Assembly: GCA_021819825.1 (NCBI GenBank) | Contig: JAKAEZ010000004.1 | Span: forward strand, 34,756-98,755 | Direction of reading: 5' to 3' | From: Planctomycetota bacterium | GTDB lineage: Bacteria > Planctomycetota > Phycisphaerae > WQYP01 | Length of the DNA stretch: 64,000 nt | Shown: positions 37,612 to 46,491 of the stretch, one piece after another | Layout: each line of letters starts with the position of its first letter | How positions within the stretch are numbered: position 1 is the stretch's first letter | The notes under the pieces: generated by a model | What the model was told of the DNA's origin: nothing | The model's database searches: none | What the model saw: the letters and a program-made list of their open reading frames with translations, nothing else | Translations under genes and position numbers: made by a program

Positions 37612-37816
37612 ACCCGCCTGAAAAAGGGCCAATGCTGTTTTGGTGATTGAATCATACCTCGCCAACCGCATGGGGCCAAGCATATCCACACGGATCCACA
37701 CGAATCCGCAAAAACCGGCACCCGTGCGGTGAATCACTGGCGGCCATTTCCGCGCTGGCCCGCCGAACCGATGGATACCACCTTCTCGCGTTCCATAATC
37801 ATCGCAGTAACCTGAC

Positions 37817-38884
37817 TCATTTTAACCCCGCCCGGCGCTTTTTAACCGGGATCCAGATGTCCTTTGCTTTATCATAGCGGTAAGTTTCGGACCCGTATTG
37901 GAAAGTTCGCGGCCCGAGCCCACCACCGATCTGCCAACCATTATTTACCAAAACCGACGGTGCCTTATGCGAAGCACGGTGGCCTTGCGCCAGCACGACG
38001 ACGTATGGAGCCATTCCGCGGCCCTGGGGTCCGGAAAATTCGGACAATCCAACGTCGTTTTGCCCGGAGATAACATCCACGGAAAGGGAAGTCAGTCTGC
38101 TGTGCATTCGCATCGCCCTGAGTTCGATATCGCACGGCTTGCCGCCGAATCCATTATGGATGACCCACGAACGGGACTCTCCCGCTAGAGCTCCACGGAG
38201 TGCCGAACCGAGGCCCGCTTGTAAAGAAGCCAGCGTTGCTTTTTTGCTCCACATTTGAGCCTTCTGGCGGTCGCGAGGAACACCTATGCCAAATCGGTAA
38301 ACATTGGCTAACTCAGACATTGCCGTACCATCTCCTGCGGCGGCTGCCATCCTGTACCACTTTAACGCTTTTGCAGGGTCTTTGGGCACCCCGTCACCCA
38401 ATGAGTAGAGCTGGCCTATTGCGTACATCGCCGGAGCAAAATCCAGGGCTGCAGCGCTCTGGTACCACTTCATCGCCAACGCGTAATTCTGCTTCCGGCC
38501 TCTTCCCCGCTGGTAGCAGATGCCGAGATCATACCTTGCGTTGAGATCCCCGGCGGTGGCAGCCCGTTCGTACCAGTCCGCCGCTTTGCGGTAGTCGGGG
38601 GGAACGCCCCAGCCCTTGTTATACAAATACCCAACGGCGGCCATGGCGTTGGAGTTTCCGCCTGTGGCGGCCTTCAACCAGAGGAGCCTCGCCTTGGGGT
38701 AATCACCCGCCACGAAGGCAGCGTAACCCTGTAGAAAATCTTTCTCGGCAACGGGGCCGCCCTGCGCCCCCATCGCTGGCGGGGATCCCAAGAAGTGGCC
38801 GACAGTTGCAAACGTACTAATCAGAATGAAAAAGACAACTGGGGTGAGAAAGCGGAGGTTGTTCGTTTTGTTGATTTCCCGCAT
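37817..38884 (-). CDS. Secreted Sel1-repeat protein with an unassigned ~150-aa C-terminal domain
   Basis: Signal peptide, then at least four Sel1-type repeats (..A.WY.KAA..G...A...LG..Y..G.GV..D...A..W..). Confidence 0.8.
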   Translation of the reverse strand: MREINKTNNLRFLTPVVFFILISTFATVGHFLGSPPAMGAQGGPVAEKDFLQGYAAFVAGDYPKARLLWLKAATGGNSNAMAAVGYLYNKGWGVPPDYRKAADWYERAATAGDLNARYDLGICYQRGRGRKQNYALAMKWYQSAAALDFAPAMYAIGQLYSLGDGVPKDPAKALKWYRMAAAAGDGTAMSELANVYRFGIGVPRDRQKAQMWSKKATLASLQAGLGSALRGALAGESRSWVIHNGFGGKPCDIELRAMRMHSRLTSLSVDVISGQNDVGLSEFSGPQGRGMAPYVVVLAQGHRASHKAPSVLVNNGWQIGGGLGPRTFQYGSETYRYDKAKDIWIPVKKRRAGLK

Positions 38885-38977
38885 AGGTGTGCTCCTGCCT
38901 GCGGATGTAACATAGTTCTGTTTTCGGACCGTTTAGACCCGTCCCGATATCCGTTGAGACACGATTGTTATCTGAAT

Positions 38978-39200
38978 AGCCGCAGCAAATAATTTCATTG
39001 GCACCGGCGCTACGCTCAAATACCAGGGAGCAGTGATCAATGAACAAATCATTGGAAGCTCGGCGTTTCTGGTCAGTGATCCGTGATCGTTGATCAATGA
39101 AGTTCACCCCAGATTCCCCGCTCCGCTGTAATCCGTAACCTGTCCCCTGTAACCCCGGCCTCGCGCCGTTATGGTGAGATGGTTCGTTCAGTGCAACCAT
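38978..39200 (-). repeat. Heptamer-array composite element, copy B, fused to an Rhs-core remnant
   Basis: Head GTTCGTTCAGTGCAACCAT (39182-39200), GTAACC/TGTCCCC units and TGATC units. At 38978-39010 there is AGCCGCAGCAAATAATTTCATTGGCACC, which encodes GANEIICCGY on the minus strand; this is the motif that precedes the Rhs C-terminal core in the full modules. Confidence 0.7.
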
Positions 39201-39306
39201 AACCCAATCCATAACACGAAACCGACTGTTTCAGCTCTCCACTTTCTACCGGCTGCTCTCTCAGCGTAGCCGCCGCAATCTTTAAAACCGCCGCCATTTC
39301 CATTAG

Positions 39307-40260
39307 CTAACCGCCGTTGCGAAGGTCGGTGTAGTCGCGGACCAGATCCTTGCGGCGAGCCATTTCGCTGGCGTAGCGGTTTCCGAGCCATGCGCGATTT
39401 TCCTGCGCCCATTCTGTTAGCCTTGTTTTTCCGGCGGCCGGGGCATCCACAACGAGCCGGCTTTCCATCAGGCCACGAATTTCGTCGCGCGTGATAATGA
39501 CATCGTGAACGAGCTTTCCGGCCACCGCCGCAAACAGGTATCCAACTTCCGGATTCACGGATATGACCGGACGCGGGCACCCGATGATAGTGCCTATCGC
39601 CTTTACGAGTTCGCGATAGGTAAATGTTTCGGGGCCGATGGCTTGGACAATACGGTTGGTGCTATCGCCCGCGCAGCGTACCGCCAACTCCGCCAGATCA
39701 TCCACGTAAATCGGTTGCAACTTGTATTGGCCATCGCCAAACACCCCAAACACGGGCAGGTGCCGTAACACCCATGCGATATTATTAATCAAAATATCCT
39801 CCCGCCCGAAGATCACAGCAGGCCGCAGGATCGTGAAATCCACCCCGGAATCCGTCAGTGCCTGTTCAACTTGCGCCTTGCCGCGAAAATACTCTAAATC
39901 CGAGTTGATATCCGGATTGGTAATACTCACATGCACAATCCGCCGTACACCGGCGGCCTTGGCGGCGACAAACAGGTTCCGACTGTTTTCGATAGCCTCC
40001 GCAAAGCAGAATGTCCGGCTATTGAAACGCACCCAATAGGTGTTGTAAAGTACATCCACACCCGTCAATGCTTCGGCCAGCTTTTTGGGATCATGCCAGT
40101 TAAACGCTTGCACCTCCACGGACCGGCCAAAAGGATTATGCCGTTGCGGCGAGTTGGTCAAGGTTCGTACCCGCGATCCCTGTGCCAGCAACCGCTTGGT
40201 GATATATTTGCCCGAGTAGCCAAAAGCCCCGGTAACCGCATGCAATAACTTATCGCTCAT
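39307..40260 (-). CDS. NAD(P)H-binding SDR-family (NmrA/epimerase-like) oxidoreductase
   Basis: Rossmann motif VTGAFGYSGKYITKRL at the N-terminus. 317 aa. Confidence 0.75.
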   Translation of the reverse strand: MSDKLLHAVTGAFGYSGKYITKRLLAQGSRVRTLTNSPQRHNPFGRSVEVQAFNWHDPKKLAEALTGVDVLYNTYWVRFNSRTFCFAEAIENSRNLFVAAKAAGVRRIVHVSITNPDINSDLEYFRGKAQVEQALTDSGVDFTILRPAVIFGREDILINNIAWVLRHLPVFGVFGDGQYKLQPIYVDDLAELAVRCAGDSTNRIVQAIGPETFTYRELVKAIGTIIGCPRPVISVNPEVGYLFAAVAGKLVHDVIITRDEIRGLMESRLVVDAPAAGKTRLTEWAQENRAWLGNRYASEMARRKDLVRDYTDLRNGG

Positions 40261-40317
40261 AATTCCAGTCCTATTAAATGCGTGCGATAAACCTTATAAC
40301 ATATGATACCCGAAGCC

Positions 40318-40632
40318 TTAAAAGAAAAAGAGAAACAACGCCAAGCTGAATACTAACACCGGAAGGGCCATGAAAAACCACCAGATATGGATAGGCCACG
40401 GCACACGCTCCCGCCTGCGCCCGAGTATGAAGAGGCAGATAGTACCGAGGTACCACGTCACTAAGTATGTCAAGATGGCCAGAACTTCCGGACCGCTGGC
40501 GTATCCCCCGCGCCGGCCTTGATGCCATTGAATTATCCCCGTGACGAGGGCGGTGGCAAAAGAGATTGTATTTAATAATGCCAGTATATATGTAAGGTTG
40601 CGCATCGTATTATACCTAGAAAAGCCAGCCAC
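40318..40632 (-). CDS. Small multi-pass membrane protein, candidate immunity protein for the 40712-42883 Rhs tip
   Basis: 104 aa with three hydrophobic segments. It is the first ORF downstream of the Rhs module on the same strand. Confidence 0.5.
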   Translation of the reverse strand: MAGFSRYNTMRNLTYILALLNTISFATALVTGIIQWHQGRRGGYASGPEVLAILTYLVTWYLGTICLFILGRRRERVPWPIHIWWFFMALPVLVFSLALFLFFF

Positions 40633-40711
40633 CTACGCAGAGTGGATCGAAACCACCTCGACATCAGGGTTTCATCCACAAGGTTGTCAGGAGCACAGTG
40701 TTGTGTTCATG

Positions 40712-42883
40712 CTAATTAGCAATCGGAGGCCACGGCCAAGGAGGCGGGCCACCAGCTCCATTCGAACACTGGCCATAGCACTTCACCAAGGTTCCGTAGG
40801 GAACGTTTTGCAGGCCATATTTCTCCGTAGCCCATAGGTAGCAAAGAGTGTGAGCCATTTCAGCGCTGGCCCCAAAGCCGTAAAGCTCCGCCAAGCATCC
40901 ACGTACATATTGCGACCATGGACTGTTTCCGGCGCATTTGCAGAAGCACCGCGCGTTGGCTCCCATGTATGTATAGCTGCACGGGTACTTGTTGCACACC
41001 GGTGAGTCGGCAGGGGCCGGCGGAAAATTCGGCGGGGCTGCTGGCCCCCTCGCCGGCTCCGGCGGTATGGGCCACAGCCGCCAACCGCCCGGCGGCGGGA
41101 TCCAGGGATTAGGTGGAGCGGTACCGTTGTTACCCGTTTCGCCCGCCAGCCCCATTGGGTCCACCGCCGCATCCGCCAGTCCCCCCACATACTCATACAA
41201 ATTCACGCCACCGGCGTAGCCGATCGGATCGCGTTGAATCCACCGGCCGAGCACTGGCGAATATGTTCGATTGCGGACATAGTAAAGCTCACTTTCCGGA
41301 TCGAATCGGTAGCCGCAATAGATGACTTCATTGGCACCGTAACTGCTTTGCACATCGTCATCCGTGAACCAGATGCCATCCGCACCCGGCGCGGTGAAGA
41401 TCAGCGTGTTACCGTACGCGTCGGTGTCGTATGTTTCCACGATGCCGCCGCTGGAATTGGTTAATGCCACCGCGCGATACAGCAAGTCCTGCAGCAAATA
41501 GTAACTTCCAGGTTCCAGGTTCTGACTTCCCAATGCTGCGAACGTCGTGAGTTGGATACACTCATCAATATAGGTACCCCAGACATATTGCCGGATCGGC
41601 GTATCGGTTGAGCCGCTGCCACCGAACGGGTTGCGTTCTTCCACCACCTGCCAGCCGCTCCAGATATAATCCGTGGTGCCGTTGGGAACACTGCCCGTCA
41701 GGCCGCCATTGAAGATTGTTTTCCGCACCCGCCGATTCATGGCATCATATAAATATGTCGTAATGATGAGGCCATCGGATACACGGTTGATCTGAATCAA
41801 TCTGTTGAGCGCGTCATAGGCGTAAATCAGGGTGCCGTCATTTTTCAGATTGCCATTGGAGGCACCGGTTGCGCCATCGTATTGGAATGTGACGGCCGGG
41901 CTGGTTCCCACTGTCCGCTGAATGATCTCGTTGAGCTTGTTGTGATTCCTCTGATCCGTTATCGCACTACCGGCCCCTTCGGGCGTATACACACTGCTGG
42001 TCCAATTGCCCAAGGCGTCAAGGTTATAATTCCGGCTTTGATCGGTATTGGGCAACGCAATGGGCGTAGTAACACTGCCGCCGCCGGTGGCTAATATGCC
42101 GCGCTGATAATCCAATAGCCGGTTCATGGAATCATACGAATCATAAAGGCTGCTGCGTTCTTCGGCGTGCAGCGGGCGTTCAAAGAGTTTGTTGGAACTC
42201 TCATCATAAGCACTGGTAAAGCCCACAGTGACATTGGTGCCATTGAAGTACCGCTTGCCGATCATGCGGCCAGAGCCGTCATAACCAAGCTGATCGGTGC
42301 TGATGCTGCCCCAGGCGGGTGTGGGCAGGCCGGATTGAATCGCCGATCTGGTCTGGGCATCGTTCATATTGGAGCACACCAAACCATTACCCAGCGTTAC
42401 CGTAGCTATTCGGTTGGCTCCAAAGTACTGCCAACTGGCGATCACAGCACTCGTAGCTGCTTCAATAATTTGTTGGCGACGAAAGAGTTTGTCGAAGCTG
42501 TTGTTAATCTGCCTACTGTTGGGATACGTAAACTGGCTTACCGGCAATGAGGTAAAGCCGTCATTGGTGACATAGCGTGTGTTGCCGCCATAAACTTGCT
42601 CTTCTTCCACAGTCCTTCCGATGGAATCATAGACCAAGGTTACATCGGCATTGTTTGTGCCGACGGTATCACGGGCAAATGTAGTCTGGGCCAGGCCGTT
42701 ATATTGGAAGCTTTGCGCAGTCGTGCCGCCAATTCCAGATGCGGGAGTAATCGTGATGTTCGTCTTCCGGCCCATACAATCCCAAGTGTCAGAGAATACC
42801 GAACCGTTTTCGTCCGTGTATGTTACCACATCGCCGGCTGAATCGTACACAAATTCAACATAGCCACCGCATCTCCCTTTCAC
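40712..42883 (-). CDS. Rhs/YD-repeat protein module (5'-truncated core + C-terminal variable tip)
   Basis: YD repeats throughout. Rhs core end ..YVWGTYIDECIQL..IYCGYRFDPESELYYVRNRTYSPVLGRWIQRDPIGYAGGVNLYEYVGG..DPMGLAGE, followed by a ~140-aa Pro/Cys-rich tip. The only start is a GTG that overlaps the stop of the upstream ORF. There is no N-terminal delivery domain. Confidence 0.88.
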   Translation of the reverse strand: MKGRCGGYVEFVYDSAGDVVTYTDENGSVFSDTWDCMGRKTNITITPASGIGGTTAQSFQYNGLAQTTFARDTVGTNNADVTLVYDSIGRTVEEEQVYGGNTRYVTNDGFTSLPVSQFTYPNSRQINNSFDKLFRRQQIIEAATSAVIASWQYFGANRIATVTLGNGLVCSNMNDAQTRSAIQSGLPTPAWGSISTDQLGYDGSGRMIGKRYFNGTNVTVGFTSAYDESSNKLFERPLHAEERSSLYDSYDSMNRLLDYQRGILATGGGSVTTPIALPNTDQSRNYNLDALGNWTSSVYTPEGAGSAITDQRNHNKLNEIIQRTVGTSPAVTFQYDGATGASNGNLKNDGTLIYAYDALNRLIQINRVSDGLIITTYLYDAMNRRVRKTIFNGGLTGSVPNGTTDYIWSGWQVVEERNPFGGSGSTDTPIRQYVWGTYIDECIQLTTFAALGSQNLEPGSYYLLQDLLYRAVALTNSSGGIVETYDTDAYGNTLIFTAPGADGIWFTDDDVQSSYGANEVIYCGYRFDPESELYYVRNRTYSPVLGRWIQRDPIGYAGGVNLYEYVGGLADAAVDPMGLAGETGNNGTAPPNPWIPPPGGWRLWPIPPEPARGPAAPPNFPPAPADSPVCNKYPCSYTYMGANARCFCKCAGNSPWSQYVRGCLAELYGFGASAEMAHTLCYLWATEKYGLQNVPYGTLVKCYGQCSNGAGGPPPWPWPPIAN

Positions 42884-43458
42884 TCCCCACTTGAATTCCG
42901 CCTCCCGCGAGACGCCGAGGGCAGGGTGCCGAGCGCTGTTCCAATTCCAAAAAGAAAGCCCCGCATCGCATCAGCTAGGCGACCAACCAGCCACTTCTCG
43001 GCCTCCCCTACACCCTCGACCCGCGCCGTATGCACTTCCGCCTGCCCACCCACCCGCGTATGGATGTCCATACGTCCTTCTACTAGCCTGCCAAGCCAAA
43101 CCGTTGTCCCCGAACTACCATTCACCGCGTCGGCGTACAGGTCGGCACCCAGTCGGCGCACCAAGAAGATGTGGGTTGACTCATCGGGAAGATCACAGCG
43201 AAGGAGGAGCCAGTTCTTCGTAGCCGCAGCTTCCGGAATCCTCCTCAACGCGAGCGCCGCCAATTCGAGCACCTGATCGCAACGGTCCTTCACAGCAGAC
43301 CACCGGTCAGTGGTCTCACTTCTGCTCGCCGCAGCCACCGTTCTTAGTTCCGCATAATCCTCGGCGGATGCATTCACCAACCTCGCCACCGCATCCGCGG
43401 TGGCGAGGGCGACGGTACGCTCGAAGAGCGCCAAAAGATCACCTTCCGCGTGACTCAT
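42880..43458 (-). CDS. Hypothetical soluble protein (Ala/Leu-rich); possible orphan immunity gene
   Basis: 192-aa ORF with no motif recognised. Its TGA overlaps the GTG of the Rhs module (GTGA at 42880-42883). Confidence 0.45.
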   Translation of the reverse strand: MSHAEGDLLALFERTVALATADAVARLVNASAEDYAELRTVAAASRSETTDRWSAVKDRCDQVLELAALALRRIPEAAATKNWLLLRCDLPDESTHIFLVRRLGADLYADAVNGSSGTTVWLGRLVEGRMDIHTRVGGQAEVHTARVEGVGEAEKWLVGRLADAMRGFLFGIGTALGTLPSASRGRRNSSGE

Positions 43459-43614
43459 TTCGTGCGTACCCTTTCCAGATCTCTAAACGCCTCCCTGCCA
43501 TCCATCACGGTGGCAAACATAGCAGCGCAGCTAACGCAAGTGGCTGTCGCAGAACAATACGGAGCCGGAGCTGTACGGTGTTGCCCCGGCCGCACGCCCC
43601 TAAAATTTCCGGAA

Positions 43615-43971
43615 TCAGGGGGGGACCGCATTTTCATCGCCCCCGTGCTCACCAGTCTCGCCGCGGCGATTGCCCGGACCACCTGCCGCGCCCGTCTGCG
43701 ATCCCTCGCCCCTTGCCTCGGTGAAAGCCTGGCCTACTGCTTCGAAAATAACCCCTCGAAACCATGCTCTCCACCACCTGAATATTTTCCAGATTAGAAA
43801 CGCGCATGCGGCCGTGACAAGGAACGGCAGAACGTCAACCAGCCAAAAGGCGTATGGGGTTGGATGCCGGATAGTAACGGAGCTTAGCTGAGGCGGCAAT
43901 ACCGATACCGCTCCGACCGGCACCGCCGCGATGCTAGACAGCTGGGAAATCGCATGTAATATGGGGCCCAT
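43615..43971 (-). CDS. Small membrane protein, candidate immunity protein for the orphan tip at 43983-44646
   Basis: 118 aa with two or three hydrophobic segments. It starts 11 nt after the orphan tip stop. Confidence 0.5.
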   Translation of the reverse strand: MGPILHAISQLSSIAAVPVGAVSVLPPQLSSVTIRHPTPYAFWLVDVLPFLVTAACAFLIWKIFRWWRAWFRGVIFEAVGQAFTEARGEGSQTGAAGGPGNRRGETGEHGGDENAVPP

Positions 43972-43982
43972 TGGTCATCCTC

Positions 43983-44840
43983 CTAGTTGCAGCAATTGCA
44001 CCGTACCTGGAAAGTGTCTCCGTGGAAAATGGACCCCACCACCTTGGTGAATCCAAATTTCCAAACGCCTATTGTATCCAATATTTTGACCTCGTAGATC
44101 AGTGTATACGTGATTATCTGGGTGCCATCCGCGCAGGGGCTGGCGGTCACAATCGGGGTGCAGGGAATGACGACGGCGGAAAAGTGGCCGCCGGGAACAG
44201 TCGTGAATCCCGTCCAATAGTGTGCCACTATCTGGGCGCTGGGGCTTGGGCACACTTTATTCTCACGGACCACGACGTGAAAGGTTGCCCAGAAGCCTGC
44301 GTGGAACGTGTCTGTGGCGGTGACAATCGCAAGGCCCGACGCATCCGCCCCCGCCACCGCTCGGCCACCGACATACTCATACAAATTAATTCCACCGGCG
44401 TAGCCGATCGGATCGCGTTGCAGCACCCGAGTCGCCACTCCTGTGGCCTTTCGGGATTTCGGCTCCTGCCTCAACACCGTGCCGGGAATCGAGCTGTAGG
44501 TGCGATTGCGGACGTAATACAGTTCCGCTTCCGGATCGTGTTGATTAAGCGGGGTTGCCAAGCAGCGACATTGTGGCGAAGCGTCATCCAATCCGCGAAA
44601 TCCCGGTCTGTCGGGATATCCGCAGATGATGATTTCGTTGGCACTGGCGCTTCGCTCAATGACCAATGAGTAATGATCAATGAATAGAACGGGGAAGCCG
44701 TATTTTCGATCCGTGATCAGTCTTCCTTGATCAGTGGAAATGTCTCCTAACTCCCAACTCCTGCATGCTCGTCCAACCCCTGTCCCCTGTAACCCCGGCC
44801 TCGCGGCGGGATCGTGAAATTTTGCGTTCAGTGCGACCAT
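43983..44840 (-). CDS. Orphan Rhs C-terminal fragment (core end + ~125-aa tip); the 5' part of the ORF is the heptamer element
   Basis: ..SANEIIICGY[26-aa insert]DPEAELYYVRNRTYS[insert]LQRDPIGYAGGINLYEYVGGRAVAGADASGL, then a unique tip. Rhs homology starts near 44646. Upstream of that point the ORF is read through repeat copy C. Confidence 0.6.
   Translation of the reverse strand: MVALNAKFHDPAARPGLQGTGVGRACRSWELGDISTDQGRLITDRKYGFPVLFIDHYSLVIERSASANEIIICGYPDRPGFRGLDDASPQCRCLATPLNQHDPEAELYYVRNRTYSSIPGTVLRQEPKSRKATGVATRVLQRDPIGYAGGINLYEYVGGRAVAGADASGLAIVTATDTFHAGFWATFHVVVRENKVCPSPSAQIVAHYWTGFTTVPGGHFSAVVIPCTPIVTASPCADGTQIITYTLIYEVKILDTIGVWKFGFTKVVGSIFHGDTFQVRCNCCN
44647..44840 (-). repeat. Heptamer-array composite element, copy C
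   Basis: Head TTGCGTTCAGTGCGACCAT (44822-44840), TGTCCCC/GTAACCC units, CTCCTAA/CTCCCAA/CTCCTGC (44744-44764), TGATC units and CAATGA units. 38 nt (GCGCTTCGCTCAATGACCAATGAGTAATGATCAATGAA) are identical to copy D. Confidence 0.7.
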
Positions 44841-45063
44841 CAGAGCAACTCCGCAATCGACAAATGCTAGCCACAGTTTACCCCGCCGGACATGTTCTCA
44901 CAACGCTCCGAAATCGGGAGGGTGGCTACACCCTTAAATTGCACCGAAACCCGAAAACCGGTCGCGTCCCCGTTTCACTTTCTGGCCCGGGTAGTCGGGA
45001 TATGGAAGGTGATTGCTTGACCGCCGGTTGCGTGGCCCGTTAAGGGCCTCGCTTCCCCGTGCA

Positions 45064-46491
45064 TCAATATTGGGTGGCATTGTATATATGGCCGCACCGC
45101 CGCGATAGGCGTTGAAAGCGCGACGCTTTAAATTGTCTTTCAAAGTCACCATGCCAGTTCCCGAAACTTGAGTCGGCCAAAAGGAATTTCACTATTCTAC
45201 CGCCGCGGCGCGGCCGCAGGCAATCGCCAAAGTTCCGCACCCAGCGGGCCGCCGGTGATCGCGGCCCGGCCATCGGGCGATACCGCGATCGATGTGCAGC
45301 CGCCGATGATGTCGGGGGATCTCCAGACCATTCGCCCGTTGCTGGTATCCACCGCACAAAAAAACCGATACCGCCTGCAATGTTACTTGTAAGCGCAGCA
45401 ATTACACATTTAGGATTTCCGCTGTTAGCGAGTTGAACGATGTACCATTGATCGGCGTACTCAAAGTGAATGGAGATGTGGCGAACGAGCGCCCCGTTTT
45501 GGTCACTGAACGCAGAGATACCGGGCACCACGCCAATCGTCCCAGTCGCGGCGAGAAAATCGTTCCCGCCAGGCGTCTTGAGCAGGGATCCGGTGAAAGG
45601 CATGTGATTTGTTGCACCTATCTGCTTGCGGGGCCGACGTCGGTGGCCGCTGAATATGAATATTTGGGCACCGCCCTCCACAGCTACCCGGTGGGCGCTG
45701 ATGTAGGCCAGGCCGGCGGGTACCCGGAAGCGCCGTGAAAAGTAGCGTGCGATTGGGGCGGGCGTTGCCGAGTCCGTACGCCATATTACGCACACCGGAC
45801 CGGGAGTGGTGAGGGAATCATAACCCACCGCCAGTTCTTTTCCAGAGGTTGAAAAACTTAGCGCAGTGGCGGGATTATTCCAATCCGTGCGCAATTGGAT
45901 GGGGTTGCTTCTGGCATTCCCGCTCCACAGGGCCACAAAATTTTTGTTCCCCAGCCTCGTTGATGTAGCGACAAGGTGAGTTTCTGGCGAGGTTGCACCG
46001 CAAACACCGAATACGGGATTTGACCAAGACTGTGGAGTTGGCAACTGGCTGATAGAAACCGTGGGTGTCCGTAGATTGGCAGCGTCAGGCCAAAATGGCT
46101 CCCGTGGATGGGACTGTAAAATGCTTAAAAATTTTTGCGACTGCCATGCGTCGTCGAGTCGGAATAGTTTTGATCCTTGGGGACGGGAGGCGAGCACGGG
46201 GCCGGAACTCAACGCAAATACCGCCAATGACGGCGATAAAAATCCGATTGCGCCCGGGCTGAACCAATCGTTTTTATCTCCCTTTGATATCCTTAAATGG
46301 GGCGACGCAGTTCGCGCTGCCATCGCTGCGAGATCGCCTCGATTCCACCACGAGTAAAGAAGAAGTGGTACCGGCGGCTTCGGTGGTGCATGAGTTGAGT
46401 TCCCGTTGCGGTGACAGCCAGCGATGGTTAATAGCACCACGGAAACAGGCAACGCGTTTCGCCACGCTGTGAGCGATTGTTTTATTCTCAT
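45064..46491 (-). CDS. Lipoprotein (possible beta-propeller), candidate immunity protein for the 46488-48905 Rhs tip
   Basis: MRIKQSLTAWRNALPVSVVLLTIAGC contains a lipobox. The ATG at 46491 overlaps the Rhs TGA (ATGA at 46488-46491); the track start is 46506. Confidence 0.55.
   Translation of the reverse strand: MRIKQSLTAWRNALPVSVVLLTIAGCHRNGNSTHAPPKPPVPLLLYSWWNRGDLAAMAARTASPHLRISKGDKNDWFSPGAIGFLSPSLAVFALSSGPVLASRPQGSKLFRLDDAWQSQKFLSILQSHPREPFWPDAANLRTPTVSISQLPTPQSWSNPVFGVCGATSPETHLVATSTRLGNKNFVALWSGNARSNPIQLRTDWNNPATALSFSTSGKELAVGYDSLTTPGPVCVIWRTDSATPAPIARYFSRRFRVPAGLAYISAHRVAVEGGAQIFIFSGHRRRPRKQIGATNHMPFTGSLLKTPGGNDFLAATGTIGVVPGISAFSDQNGALVRHISIHFEYADQWYIVQLANSGNPKCVIAALTSNIAGGIGFFVRWIPATGEWSGDPPTSSAAAHRSRYRPMAGPRSPAARWVRNFGDCLRPRRGGRIVKFLLADSSFGNWHGDFERQFKASRFQRLSRRCGHIYNATQY

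Noticed and set aside
37389-37721. ORFs translating the heptamer element as protein (37389-37721, 37421-37612, 38817-39212, 50685-51167; 'MVALNE...GYGLQ..GESGVN.IDQRSRITDQKRR...').
   Set aside because: The peptides are just read-outs of tandem 7-nt DNA units. In copy A the head and the array fall in different frames: 85 nt lie between GTTCACCCC and the end of the head, against 90 and 93 nt in copies B and D. Unit numbers also vary between copies. I treat them as DNA-level repeats, but the frame does stay open in B, C and D, so the coding alternative is kept as a hypothesis in the findings.
42880-43458. The 192-aa ORF as the missing N-terminal domain of the Rhs module, joined by a programmed frameshift at the GTGA overlap.
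   Set aside because: It has no YD repeats, PAAR motif or secretion signal. The paralogous module at 48.9 kb is preceded by a completely different (membrane) ORF at the equivalent junction. Recombination scars explain both junctions better.
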